Below are positions 36,711 to 49,109 of a stretch of DNA of 64,000 nt, piece by piece. Origin of the DNA: Paraphysomonas bandaiensis (lineage: Eukaryota; Protista; Chrysophyceae); contig CBFFRP010000198.1 in the NCBI GenBank assembly GCA_965644295.1, positions 6,568 through 70,567 of the forward strand, written 5' to 3'. A model generated the notes under the pieces. It did not search any database and was not told where the DNA came from. It saw only the letters and a list, made by a program, of their open reading frames with translations. Both the position numbers and the translations under genes were made by a program. Position 1 is the stretch's first letter, and each line of letters opens with the position of its first letter.

Positions 36711-37027
36711 TCATGTTACTTGAATTATTGGAATTCCAGTGGTATAAAAATGTCGTACTTGGAATTCCTAAAAGTTTATGGTGTTGACTCTACTTCAATA
36801 TTACTTCAATGTAGCTGTTTACATATATATATGTACGTATATAAGTATATAGGTATACTCTACTCCACTGTCTATATATAGAGCATCTGTGTATAGGATA
36901 GTACGTACATGAACGTACATGTATATGTATGTATCTATTGCAACATCTAGCTATAGACATACATACATATATATATACATACATACATCCCAAACATCTC
37001 TCATAACTCTATTCAACACACTTTATC

Positions 37028-37996
37028 ATGTTAACTAATAAACCATTATCCCTTTATCTTGCATGGTTAATCCCATCATCATTATCATTCATATCATCTC
37101 TATATATTCTTTATTATATTATACATCAAAACAAATTAAGATCACAGTGTTATCATCAATTAATTTTATTATTAGCTATTACAGATTTAATACAAAGTGG
37201 TAATTGGTTTATTGGTCCTAAATATACTGCAACATATCAACAATGTGCATTACAAGAATATTTATTACAAGCTGGTACACTTTATAAATCATTTACTACC
37301 TTGATTATATGTAGTATTGCAATGTATATTGTACGATTAAATAAACATCCACCACAAAAAATTGTATTACAATATACTTTTATGATATTATTAATACCAA
37401 CAATGGCATTAATTTTATCAATTTTATTGCATTCAGCTCGAGTGTTTTGTACAGTGGATATTAAGAGTTATAATGAGGCTTCTCACGATGGAAGGGTCGC
37501 TATATTAGCATTCTGGTTATGTTTTGAAGTCCTGGTCTACCTTTGCACCTTTATTGATATCATACTATTGTTTTCAATCAGCAAACACCTGAAGGAGTCT
37601 CATTCCAACCTCTGTGGAAGGAACTTAGGTATCTTGTCTACCGCAAGTGGGAAGAACACGAGGGATTATCAACAAACGCTATTCGTGAACAAACTCCGTA
37701 TATTTCCCTTTATCGTAGCCGTTTTGCTGATTCCTGATTCTGTCTCACTGATGGTAATTCTATTGACAGGGAGGGGCGCCCTTACCCTCAGATTAATAGC
37801 TAATGCTTGTTGGGGCTCAACTGGATGGATCATTTCCATTGGCTATTTCTACTTCCAATATACTCATCATTCACAAATGTCGAAAACCGTAGTGGTTAAA
37901 CGCGTGTTGCCTGTATCTAGCCCTGTAAAGAGTTTGGATGCGAGTGCCACTCGTAGCTCTGCAACTGTCGTCGATACTGAAGATGCGAAAATATAA
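37028..37996 (+). CDS. 7TM GPCR-like protein (cAMP-receptor/GCR1/Git3-like), intronless
   Basis: Seven hydrophobic segments; SSLSFISS, LILLLAITDLI, CALQ at top of TM3, second Cys in ECL2 (VFC), KLRIFP in TM6. Confidence 0.8.
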   Translation: MLTNKPLSLYLAWLIPSSLSFISSLYILYYIIHQNKLRSQCYHQLILLLAITDLIQSGNWFIGPKYTATYQQCALQEYLLQAGTLYKSFTTLIICSIAMYIVRLNKHPPQKIVLQYTFMILLIPTMALILSILLHSARVFCTVDIKSYNEASHDGRVAILAFWLCFEVLVYLCTFIDIILLFSISKHLKESHSNLCGRNLGILSTASGKNTRDYQQTLFVNKLRIFPFIVAVLLIPDSVSLMVILLTGRGALTLRLIANACWGSTGWIISIGYFYFQYTHHSQMSKTVVVKRVLPVSSPVKSLDASATRSSATVVDTEDAKI

Positions 37997-38539
37997 ACAA
38001 AATAGAAGTGCAAATATCTGGTGCAAGTTTTTGTTACCATGTTTTTTGTGTCATTTATATCTAAAGGTTATTGATAGATATACAGCGTTCGATGTGAGTT
38101 TACTGTGTTATTGAAGACGAAAATTTATGCCCAGAGTGCAGCTATTGTAAGTATGATAATCGAATTTAAGTATACTCTTTATTCAAGGAATTAGATATCA
38201 CCTCATTAGAAGAAAACTATGGCGTTGTGTATATGTACTTATGTATCCGTACGTACAATGTATATACAGGATAGATAGTATGAAAGGTTAATAGTAGTAT
38301 AATGTAAGTTGGTGAAATATTATGTAAGAGCTCGCTTTGAAGTCACTGCTTTTTTCTTAAAACCGTGAAGTAATTGCAATCCAGTTCACATCAGAGCCTG
38401 GTAACCATTAATGGTAGCCCAGTTCCCAGCAATTATAACGGCATTAGATAATACCACTCATAATAGATAGTGTGGTGCTCCCTTAATTACGATTTTTTAG
38501 CTAAATAGCAGACTATGAATTGTAACTACTTTTCGCTCT

Positions 38540-38700
38540 CTACTGGCGCATTAGCATCTTCTTGCAGGGCTTCATGGAGGGCATAAGCATCCCACAACAT
38601 GAAATTGGCTCGTAGGAATAGCAACGATTCTAGACGATATGGATTCATGTTTCTACGCTCAAGTGTCATTGAAAAGCCGTAGGCTTTTTATAACACCCTT
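38540..38700 (-). mobile_element. hAT transposase C-terminal remnant
   Basis: Minus strand reads MTLERRNMNPYRLESLLFLRANFMLWDAYAL, the tail of the hAT dimerisation domain. Confidence 0.55.
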
Positions 38701-39581
38701 TGACACAGGGTATATTTAGCTCTCCTTGTTTTGTATGAGATTGATGACAACAAAAGATAAGAACAAGACAAGAATAAGACTGCTAGGATTTACGGATTTA
38801 CCCTCGAACACACGATTTCGTTGGTCTATGCGATTACCAGACTATTAGGATTTACCCTCGAGCACAAGACTTAGTTGGTTTACTCTATTGCCACTCGTTG
38901 GTTTACGCCTATATCCATATGGTAGTCGGTGTTATAGCGACTTGGGTTATAAAGCATTGATTGGTACTGCATGTGCGGTATTCGTGGTCCACTCATCGGT
39001 ATGAGCAACCCATTGATGGTTTTGAACAACTCTATGTACTGTGCCCATCCGCTCGGACTCTGATATACGAATTGGTAACATGCCATCGATTTCTCTGGAG
39101 CGGGAACAAATTGGTAAGAGGTCATAGGTCTGAGATGTAAGGAAGGCATGGGTGATAATGTGATGCAGAAATAAATGTAAAATAGTCGCTGCGAATATTG
39201 TACACAGCTGATATATACAGTGTTTATTCTATATTAATAAGCAAAGACTATACTTATATATACTTATGATGCATAGACAGTTCACCTTCATAATATATTT
39301 TTACAACAGCTTAATATATTGCATCTTTTTGTAGATTTACCTTAGCACACAATTATTTAGTACTGTTGAAGAGATTGTGCCATGTGCCATGCATATATAA
39401 TATATATAATGAGAAGGAAACAAGTTACTACATGGGCTCTCAAATAAAAACCATACAAGCTCAAGAGAAAACACTACTGGTCTGTGTGTATACTACATAT
39501 TAATTTACTGGAAAAGACTAAATATAACCTGTAAATAAGCTACATATATTCCGACCATATAAGTATTCATGCATCGTATGC

Positions 39582-42500
39582 TCATGAGACAGCACACTGT
39601 GCTCCTGCTTGGCTATCTAGGTCGTCTTCAGCCATATCGCTTCGATTCAATTGCCTGACAGGCTGCTCCCCCTCTCGACTTGTCCCCCTCTCGACTGTAT
39701 ATACATGTTGCCCTGATGTGTTACAATCAGCCGTCCTACGCGATGTTGTTGGCATCTCGTTAGGTGAAGCCTGAATACGCAGTGACTCCACCGCACTACT
39801 ACCCTCCACAGATACGTCGTCCTGCATTTCGCCCTCAGTAACTGAGGATTCCACCTGGTAAATGTCCTCCACGCGAGCAGTTCTGAGGTCTCGGCGCATA
39901 TAGAACAGCACATACGCTGACGGAGACACAATGTCACGCGAGGATGACACAGGCATGACCATAGAGTCATTGTAGCACCACCACTTCTGACTGAGTGGGA
40001 TGGTGGGGGATGGAGGAGGGGAACCACTGCTATCCATATGCGATCCCCCCAGCACAGACTGTATGTGCCCATTGTCGTCCCGCACAGTGGATATATAGTG
40101 ACCTCCGCCGAGCGCACCCACATGGTATACCGCACTGTAGAGGTCATAGCTGGTGCTACTTGAGTCAACTTGGATATCCTCCGATACATTTGACGAAACA
40201 CGGGTATCTAAGCTGGATGCCCGCAACAACTCACGTTCTTCCTCCTCCTCCGCAATTACGAGGTCAACCACACTGCTGTTGTGGCTCATACCTGGAGTGC
40301 CCGAGCCTCCACTGACATCATCCTCAGAAATAGTCTTGTTGCTATCAACCACATCATGGCCACAGCCATTCATTTCTCCGCACTTTGAATTATTGTAAAC
40401 ATAACCCTCTGGTGTCACCTGCCCTGTATCGCTGTACATTTCACGAGCACTTGGAGCTAGAAAAGGCCGCATATCTAAACCTTCCAGAGGGAAATCAACC
40501 TGGAATTGAATCATGAACATCATTGCAAAAAGTTAATCTAAAATACCTGATTGGTTAGCTTTCTTCTGGAGTAAGTATTGAACTGAAATCGTTTGAGTTG
40601 AATTATTAACACCGGTGGAAGGCGCCACAAAGCAAAACTCCGTCTGAATAATATATTAGACAGTTATTCATTGCATGAAGAAAACCTGCCTCAGGCAACC
40701 GTCATCATGACATTTCGGGCACACCATATCATCCAAAGGCTCTTCTTCAGTGAATTTCTTTAGACATTTATCCAGCGGGAGTTCCCGGGTCTAAGTAGGC
40801 AGAGTTATCACAGTCGTAGGCTGAGCGAAAATGCTTAACCTGATAAGTGTAGTGATCCTTCAACGAAGGGTGCTCCGTGACTACATCAGCTGGTTGGAGG
40901 TCTAATACTTCCTGAAAATATGAAATAAGTTGATAAAGAATGTTGGTGATGCCTCGGAAGTGCTACACTGACCTGGTAAACTACAAAATGCCAATCGATA
41001 GCTATCCTCATGCCGTCACACAGTGCTATCTGCAATATCATTACTGACAGTACGGATGCTCATATAGTTCACAGCATACCGTAGATTCGTCATCATCGTA
41101 CGGTATAAGACAACCTTCACATCTACTGAGCCATAGGCATCTACATAATATAATATTAGATTCTGAACCGCCAATGCCAATAAAAAACATACCTGGAGCA
41201 AAAGTCGCCATTGGGAGTAACCAATCTAAACAGAGATTAATCGAGCACATGAGCAGTAGTTTTTATCTGTCTAACCTCAGAACAAACCCGTGGGGGGGTA
41301 TATCTCCACCGATAGCATCCTCTGTAGCAACAGGTCGAACACGTGGATGAGGAACATCACGATCACTGATCACATCAGGCAGTGAGCTGTCTGCGCGATG
41401 CAGAGAGTCTGCTGCAATCCCCTCATTCACCGTAAAACTGCATTTGTTCGCAGGTTTATGTGATGTAACTGTAGCACTCATCATATTGGACTTCGCTAAC
41501 TGAGATATCTACCAATATACACACAGTGAGGTGCTACAATCCAATAATAGTGCATGTAGCGTACCGGTGATTTCAAGTACATACCAACCCTCTCAGATAC
41601 GGCTTCATACAATTGGGTGGAAGTTATATTCGATGGAAGAACCTCTACTAATGGTAGCCCAACAGGATCCATTTTAAACAGCTCAAGACCACCATTATTA
41701 ATACATCGCAATCGCCGGTGCATGAATACAACTTCAACCTGTGTGCATACGTGACATTGAAAATAAATGTTGACAAGTGGGCCATACCACACTTTTGGTG
41801 AGTGGAAGAGAGGTTGCCAATTTCTCCGGTCTAGAATACTCGTCAGATGTATACTCCTCAGTGTCTTCATCATTTGCAGGCAATTGCATGTGGTGGGACT
41901 CCATCTCACTTGCACTCCCTGCCCGGCTTCGTTTACCCTCCCGCGGAGTAACATTAGGCCCCTCATTAGCCGAACGCTTCACGCGATATCCATCCCCACA
42001 CAAACCAACACCATTCTCATTATCGCTATCATCCATACTAACTGTTGCAGCAGAACTATTATTAATCATATGGCTCCTTCGAGGCAAGGAGTTACACTTA
42101 TAAGTCGGGAGCTGCAGTACCTATAACATGGTGTCAATGGAGTTTACATGCAATTTAGGACAGAGTACTTGGTAAAAGAAAATGTTGTCGCTGTCTCGAA
42201 CAGTATCTAATTTCCGATCTAGAGACGGTAGTCCAAACGCCTTCATCTGAACTATCTCGACAGCTAAAAATACAGAGTCCTTGGATATACCAGGAATGCT
42301 GTACTCTCTAATCGCATCTACGACATTTCGAAAAGACCCGCACTTTGGGACCCGTACGCTGCAAGTAAAAACTCCGAGACTTTCTTTCACATTTCGAGGT
42401 ACCACATGAATAACCATCGATCTCATTTCATCTTCAGGAAGAGGAACGGACAGCATATTGAAGGGTTCAAACCTAGCCGAATTGTATGTACACCGAGTAC

Positions 42501-45500
42501 AACGCGTGATGGACTTGAACTGACCGGTAAATATCGCTTGGACTACAGAGAAATCCCTTTTGAGATGATTCTGCCACCAAATGTCTGCTAACACCACATC
42601 TGGGCGGTCATCACTGTCCGGTTGTTCAGTATATGGTTTATCATGAACTAAATTTAAATCTTCCGATAGTCCATCGAGCAGAAACGAGAGTAGCTACACC
42701 AAGTGCACGATTAACGAAAACAATAGCACATTGGGATAGGGGACACACACCTCCTGAGCATCGTGTTGGTCATCGCCCGCAAATTGATCTCGTAACGCTC
42801 CAATTTCTCGTCTAAAACGCTTAGGAGAGACGCTATATGGACCTGCACCAGCTGGAGAACTGACACCTACTCCCATCGCACCGCTCACTGCACCAGTAAC
42901 CGCCGCCAGGGCTCCCCCAAGATCTGACTGACGTGAGAGCCACAAGTCACTGACTAGCTTACTGAACGCCAACGCTACCCTTCCTTCATACCCATGTTTG
43001 TTGGTTGTGTTGAGGTCCTTCAAGTACCGTTTCGTAAGAAAATATTCAACAAGGAAGCTCGTGTGTAAAAGGGCTTGAAGGGACGCATTCATATAACAAG
43101 TGTTACCCAGGTTGTCAAGGCCCACACGACCGTTGTTTAACACCATCGAACCCTCACGCATGCTACTACCCATCGATGCTAAAGAAGATGATGAGTCGTG
43201 CCCACTGATGCCATTTTTTTTACTCTCTTCCAATTCTAAAAAACTGTTACACAACTACACCATTGCAATGTGCATCTGACCTAGTTGATGATGAAGCTGG
43301 GACTTGGGCCACGTACCATCACTGAGGGCGCACTCTACTAGCAGAATTTGTCCATCTTGAAGACATATCTGTTTCACTTGTTAGATGCCTATACATCATT
43401 TCATGCAAAAACCTTTTCAATCGACAACTCTGGAGATAAAATATAATGCTTTTTCCAGTTTTTGTTATCAATATTCCAAAGGCGGATCTAAAGAGGTACT
43501 GTTAACAAGAGGACATATGCGAAAAAAACAGTAACCTTCGAAGGATCAGGAAGGTATCGCGTTCGACAGAGCTCCTCTGTAATCTGCTATATCATCAGTG
43601 CATCGATCTAGAAAATATGTAGCGCTGATATCTCACCTCTGCAATTGTACTTGTCCAAGAAAACAGCATCTCAACGGTGTAATTGTCTCTACATCAACAT
43701 AAGCTTAGACGCAGCACAGTGCTACCATGAGAGCGGGTTTACATACTTCGGCTTTCCATTATCGTCACAAAAGTTAAACTTCAAGCAGGGCGGGAATAAT
43801 TCCAGTGTGGGGCGAGTGTCGATAGCTTGTGACGATACCAGGCGAGACACGACAGAGCGAACAATCTGTGCAAAGTGTTAGACAAAAATGCAGCATATCG
43901 CCATGCTGTACTGTAGGCGGAAGAGTCGATCAGGTATAATTTGTTTCATCAGAACAACACCATATCTCATATGTCGAATACCGCACCTTCGGTCCTCCAC
44001 CGTACCAAGACTGCACCGCACTGAACACTCCAGGTGGTATCACTTCGAAATCTTTCCCTCGCAAGGAACCCTATTACCTCATCATCTGACAACCAGCGGA
44101 TGATTTACATTTTACGTACCGGGAGCAGTTGTTTAGTAGTAGTGGATTTCTTCAGTATTGTCCAATTATCTATCATAGGTGGTGGAGGTTCTTCCTGAAC
44201 AACAGTGCGTTACTATTACTAAAGTGTAGTCGTGCATGAACTTACATGTCCCGCTTCGCCAACGAACTTTTGCCACTGTGACAACCACGCGCTAGAAATG
44301 ACACACCACTTCGTTCCTACTGGTCCAAATGGCAGGCGTTGAGTCTGATCGGCCGCCTGACCATACACTCATCACATGCAACGAGCACATACACACAGTA
44401 TTGATGATTAATCTACATGCAAGATCTTACCCACCTCCTGGCTCCACAAAACGGTGATGTACTCCATTTCGAGTTCCGGTGTGGCAGGTCGGAGGCCAAA
44501 CAGGCAGCATGCCGTCATGGCTAACATTTTTAATCCTGGGAGTTCGTCAGCATATGCACATATCAATTGTACATATCGCTGCAACAGGAGGCCAGTTTCT
44601 TTCTCGATGGCATCGAGATCACTCTTCAAATTTTCGTGACCGCTCGGAACGTAGGCAGCCAACGGAGCCTCATGAGCGGGACTTCCTGGATCACATGCCG
44701 CTTTGGGCAGCGCTAGAATATATACCAGTCTCCTAAGCTGCTCCGCAGAAACTACACTAGGATCTTCTCTGGAGCTCACGGATTGCTGTTGCAGGGCAAC
44801 ACATAATGCAGACGCTTTGTCCTCATCGCTCGAGAGACCATACACCATACAGAACTCCGCAAAATCCACAAACCGCCACACCGTCTTGAGCGGCCTGTCC
44901 AATTTAGATCTAAAGATAATAAGGGCTAGGGATGGGGGCAGCGAGTTCGCAGTCCAGGAAAGCCATGCATCCTCGGAGAGCTCTGCTTTACCTGCGCCTC
45001 CGTCTGAGCATCGAGAATAAAATACCTATATGGGATACAAAGGAAACATTTGTAAATATAATAATTCGAGGAAGTGTTTCAAACCTGTCGTAATTGGTCA
45101 CAAGTAGACTTTGGCACCCCATATCTTGCCATCATTTGTTCACTTTCGAGCGCTGCGGAATACTGTCTCTCTAGCGAAGCTAAGCGAGGAGGAGGAACCT
45201 CAGCAAATATAGTGAGGGTTGCTTGAACCCACCCAGACATTACACTTAGTTGGCCAGGATAGCTCTCGAAATCCCTTTGAGAGATAGCATATTGAGTCAG
45301 ACTGGTGGAGAACAAGTCATTCAGTTCCGATTTCGCTGCTTCCTTATTGAGACCATTCCCATAGGCTAAAATTATTATCTTTTCAATGCGTTTTCGATCA
45401 AGTTCATGACTGCCAGGATACACGTACACTCGATAGAGAAACTTTGTAAGGGCCACACGATCATGTCCACTCACAGCTGCGAGAGAAGATATAAAATCTT

Positions 45501-45789
45501 TGACATCTACTTTACTGTATATATCTGCTGCAAATGCTTGATATAAACACTCACAAAGTGCTCTTGGCTATATATAAAAAACAAAGTAAGTCAAACATAT
45601 AAATTAAATATAAATTAAATCACTTACCATACAATCAAATTGTGCTGAAAGTATTTTATTAAATATTCCATAATCAATATACCGTCCACACACTTTATTT
45701 AATTGTGTAGTTAATCGTTTCCATGTATTGACACCAATAATCTCAGATGCTTCTCTAGGATTATAATAACGTGGTTGGTTATTACCCAT
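39582..45789 (-). CDS. Ubiquitin-specific protease, USP32-like architecture, multi-exon
   Basis: Starts MGNNQ; EF-hand-like segments; DUSP-like WCVISSAWLSQWQKFV; Cys box GLDNLGNTCYMNASLQ, QHDAQE, FTGQFKS..CTRC, His box HVGALGGGHY, WWCYNDS; ends CAVS (CaaX). Confidence 0.92.
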
Positions 45790-46084
45790 AATTGAATAGA
45801 AATGAATAGAAACTCTTCTCTTCTTTCCTTTTCCTTCCTTTCCTTGTTTCTCTTTCTTTAAGTTGTATATTGAGATATGTAGAACATGATTTGAATAGAA
45901 TGAAAGTAATCTATAAAAATAAATCAGATTATATCTAATTAAATGATAGTATAAATTGAGAAGGATGTATACTTACATGTATATGAGGAAATGAATGGAA
46001 TGTAGGAGTGATTTAGTATGATATTCTAACTAATGGAGAGTTAGATAGTTAAGTACTAGAGATATAAGGTACCTTGTTATTGTA

Positions 46085-46225
46085 TCAGCAGTCTAAGTTT
46101 TCGGAAATAAATTGAAGCAAATATAGTCTATATTACTAACATACAACTACGGCTGGAATACATATAATTGTTGTCTCAATATGAAAGGCATTTCTGAACA
46201 AAAATAGACAAAGGATGTTGATACG
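46085..46225. repeat. ~150-bp dispersed repeat copy
   Basis: tttcggaaataaattgaagc..atacaactacggctggaatacatataattgttgtctcaatatgaaaggcatttctgaacaaaaatagacaaaggatg. Confidence 0.8.
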
Positions 46226-46483
46226 ATCGAACCCGTACCTACATCTCTATATATATACATATACTATATAGAGTAGTGTTGAGTGTGGTATACTATACTT
46301 CCTATTCGCTTTCCTATACCATTGTCCCTCTGTACCTCTGTACATACATACAGCAGTACATACAGTATGTATATTCTAAATATAATTGTCAATTTTCAAT
46401 GTACAAAAACCCTACTTTTCCCTAAGAAATATTCCACCTAGCTCTTTGAAATATTCCACCCTATACAATTCCCCATACCATGT

Positions 46484-46927
46484 CATACATACATACATAC
46501 TACATACATACATACATACATACATACATACAGTACATACATACATACATACATACATACATACATACATACATACATACATACATACATACATACATAC
46601 ATACATACATACATACATACTACATACATACATACATACATACATACATACATACATACATACATACATACATACATACATACATACATACATACATACA
46701 TACATACATACATACATACATACATACATACATACATACATACATACATGCATACATACATACATACATACATACATACATACATACATACATACATACA
46801 TACATACATACATACATACATACATACATACATACATACATACATACATACATACATACATACATACATACATACATACATACATACATACATACATACA
46901 TACATACATACATACATACATACATAC
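46484..46927. repeat. (TACA)n microsatellite
   Basis: ~440-bp array between divergent USP and AP-1 sigma genes. Confidence 0.98.
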
Positions 46928-47061
46928 CTCTCGCTCATATGCATATTCACAATCACATACAACCCTCACAATCATAAGACACACTTATCAAACCATTCAA
47001 TCCATAACCAAATAACTCTATCATACAACATTCTTTTCTCTACTATCCTCTCAATCAAATC

Positions 47062-47756
47062 ATGGTATAACTCTCATAACTAACTCTTCCTATATATTAA
47101 TATAACTTACATATACAGATTAACTTTATATTACTCGTTAGTCGACAAGGTAAAACAAGATTAACAAAATGGTTTGTACAAAAGGATGCAAAGGTTATTA
47201 ATCTCTTATATATACATCATTCATATTCATGATTTGATTATTAGGATAAAACACGTTCAGTCAGAGAACTTACTGCATTAGTACTCTCACGTCCTCCAAA
47301 ATTATGTAATTTTATTGAATGGCGTGATAAAAAAGTAATCTATAAAAGGTATATATTCAAATACTTTAATATATATATACTTAATATGTTTTATAGATAT
47401 GCTTCTTTATATTTTATTGCATGCGTTGATAAAGAAGATAACGAGTTGATTACTCTTGAAAAGATTCACCTCTTTGTTGAGATCCTCGATAGATATTTCG
47501 GGAATGTGGGTTTGTTCGCACTTTATATATTATGAATGTTTAAATTGGTCAAATCTAGGTATGTGAACTGGACATCATTTTTAATTTCCACAAGGCGTAC
47601 TATATAATGGACGAGCTCTTTATTGGGGGATATTTACAGGAGACATCAAAGGCGGAGGTTCTTCGTGTATGTGCTGCAATGGATGAGATGATGGACGAAT
47701 CTAAGGAGGAAGGCACTACACCTGGGCGAGCCAATGCATCCAGACCAGGACGATAG
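47062..47756 (+). CDS. AP1S1: AP-1 adaptor complex sigma subunit, 5 exons (not in ORF track)
   Basis: ATG-only first coding exon then [34 protein letters not shown]|[29 protein letters not shown]|[31 protein letters not shown]; all GT-AG, in frame. Confidence 0.95.
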
Positions 47757-47996
47757 AGAGACGATGTTGTTTATCTGTGTTTCATTTCGAGTATGGATCG
47801 TTACTTCTTCTGGTATATTCTATTATTATTGGCCGGTAGCATACAGGTACTCAACGTAGCAACAAATTGTGTACAAAACGGCTTAACCATGGAGTTGCAT
47901 AATCAAATAAAGCTTTCAATTGAGTAGTATATTATCAGCTACACACAGCGGTAATTAGTCATAGAGTCATTGCGACTTGTACCAGGCTTAAGGGTT

Positions 47997-48324
47997 AAGG
48001 GCTTGCGTATCAATTAATTGTCAATTATTGAAATTGCAATAATTGAAATAGGGACATCAAATCAAAATAGCAAATATAATTGACTCCAGCTCGCTTCAAT
48101 TAATTGATATAAAAAACCACCTTATATCATAAAAGTTGTTAAAAAACGGAATTTTTATTAAAAAACTTGCATACCACAACCAATAAGGTTGAAAGGATGT
48201 TCAGTATTCAGTAGAGCTAAGATTGTTATGACGGGCTTGCGCAAGAGCTTGACTCCTCAATATTTAAGATGTAGCTATATTGGCAGCTAGTGTATTTCAG
48301 TACTAAATATAATTGCAATTAATT
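47997..48324. mobile_element. Short hAT-derived element
   Basis: Left end matches reverse complement of ~5640-5739 and right end matches reverse complement of ~4690-4745. Confidence 0.65.
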
Positions 48325-48417
48325 TAGGGTTAATTTATATAACCTTGAGCATTGGCTACTGATCATAGGTACAAAGTACAAGCCCATTAGCTGTTAGCAT
48401 AGAAGAACTTCTACGGA

Positions 48418-48786
48418 TTAGGGCACGGCAGGACGCTGTGGAAGTTTCGGTATCAGTGAGTCAAGTGTTTCTAACCTGAGATCATGGACGAGGGGGTAGA
48501 TTGGGACTCCGGCGTGTCTTGGAATGCCTTGGACCGCGAGTTGCTTGGGCCTGGGGAGAGGAGTAGCTGACGGAGTTGGCATCGTGGCGTGTCCGCTGAG
48601 GAGGGGGTAGTGGAAGAGAAAGGGGACCTGAGAGGGCGCGTTAGGTATCGGTATAACACGTAGTAAGCGTAGAACACGCGGTTTTCGCTGTGTGTTGCCA
48701 CGTGTTAGACGTTGTCTGGGGGGAGCTCGCGGATTCCGCCATATGTTTTTTCGTGTTTTGCCACATGCATTGATATTTTCTTGCAT
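48418..48786 (-). other. GC-rich fragment with basic/proline-rich ORF related to the antisense ORF at 34558-34947
   Basis: KPRVLRLLRV versus RPRVLQLLGV, with synonymous codon differences. Confidence 0.35.
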
Positions 48787-49109
48787 TTGTAGTTTGAAAT
48801 AAAAAAATGTCTCAAACTACCACATGTATACTTTTTCATGCTACAATCAGAGTTTGAATGATCGTTAAAGAAAAGATAAGATTATTATGTAAATATATAT
48901 ATATAATTGCGTTATTTTTTATAGAGCTGATCACCATCATAACTTTATCATTCTGATAGCAACCACTGATAAACTTCCGTACCTTAAAACGCCGTGAAAA
49001 TGATACATACTTCATTTCGTAGTTATGTTGTAGCTAAACAGTATTTTTGCTACGTATTACCGTTTTTCAAATTGTATTTAACGAATTGCTTTATCTTAGA
49101 GAAACATAC

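Noticed and set aside
38788-38885. Two-copy ~55-bp direct repeat (ggatttaccctcga)
   Set aside because: Only two degenerate copies beside a hAT remnant; no function can be supported.
47988-48332. Interstitial telomere or piggyBac end (ttaagggttaaggg, ttagggttaa)
   Set aside because: Only one or two units, overlapping a hAT-derived terminus.
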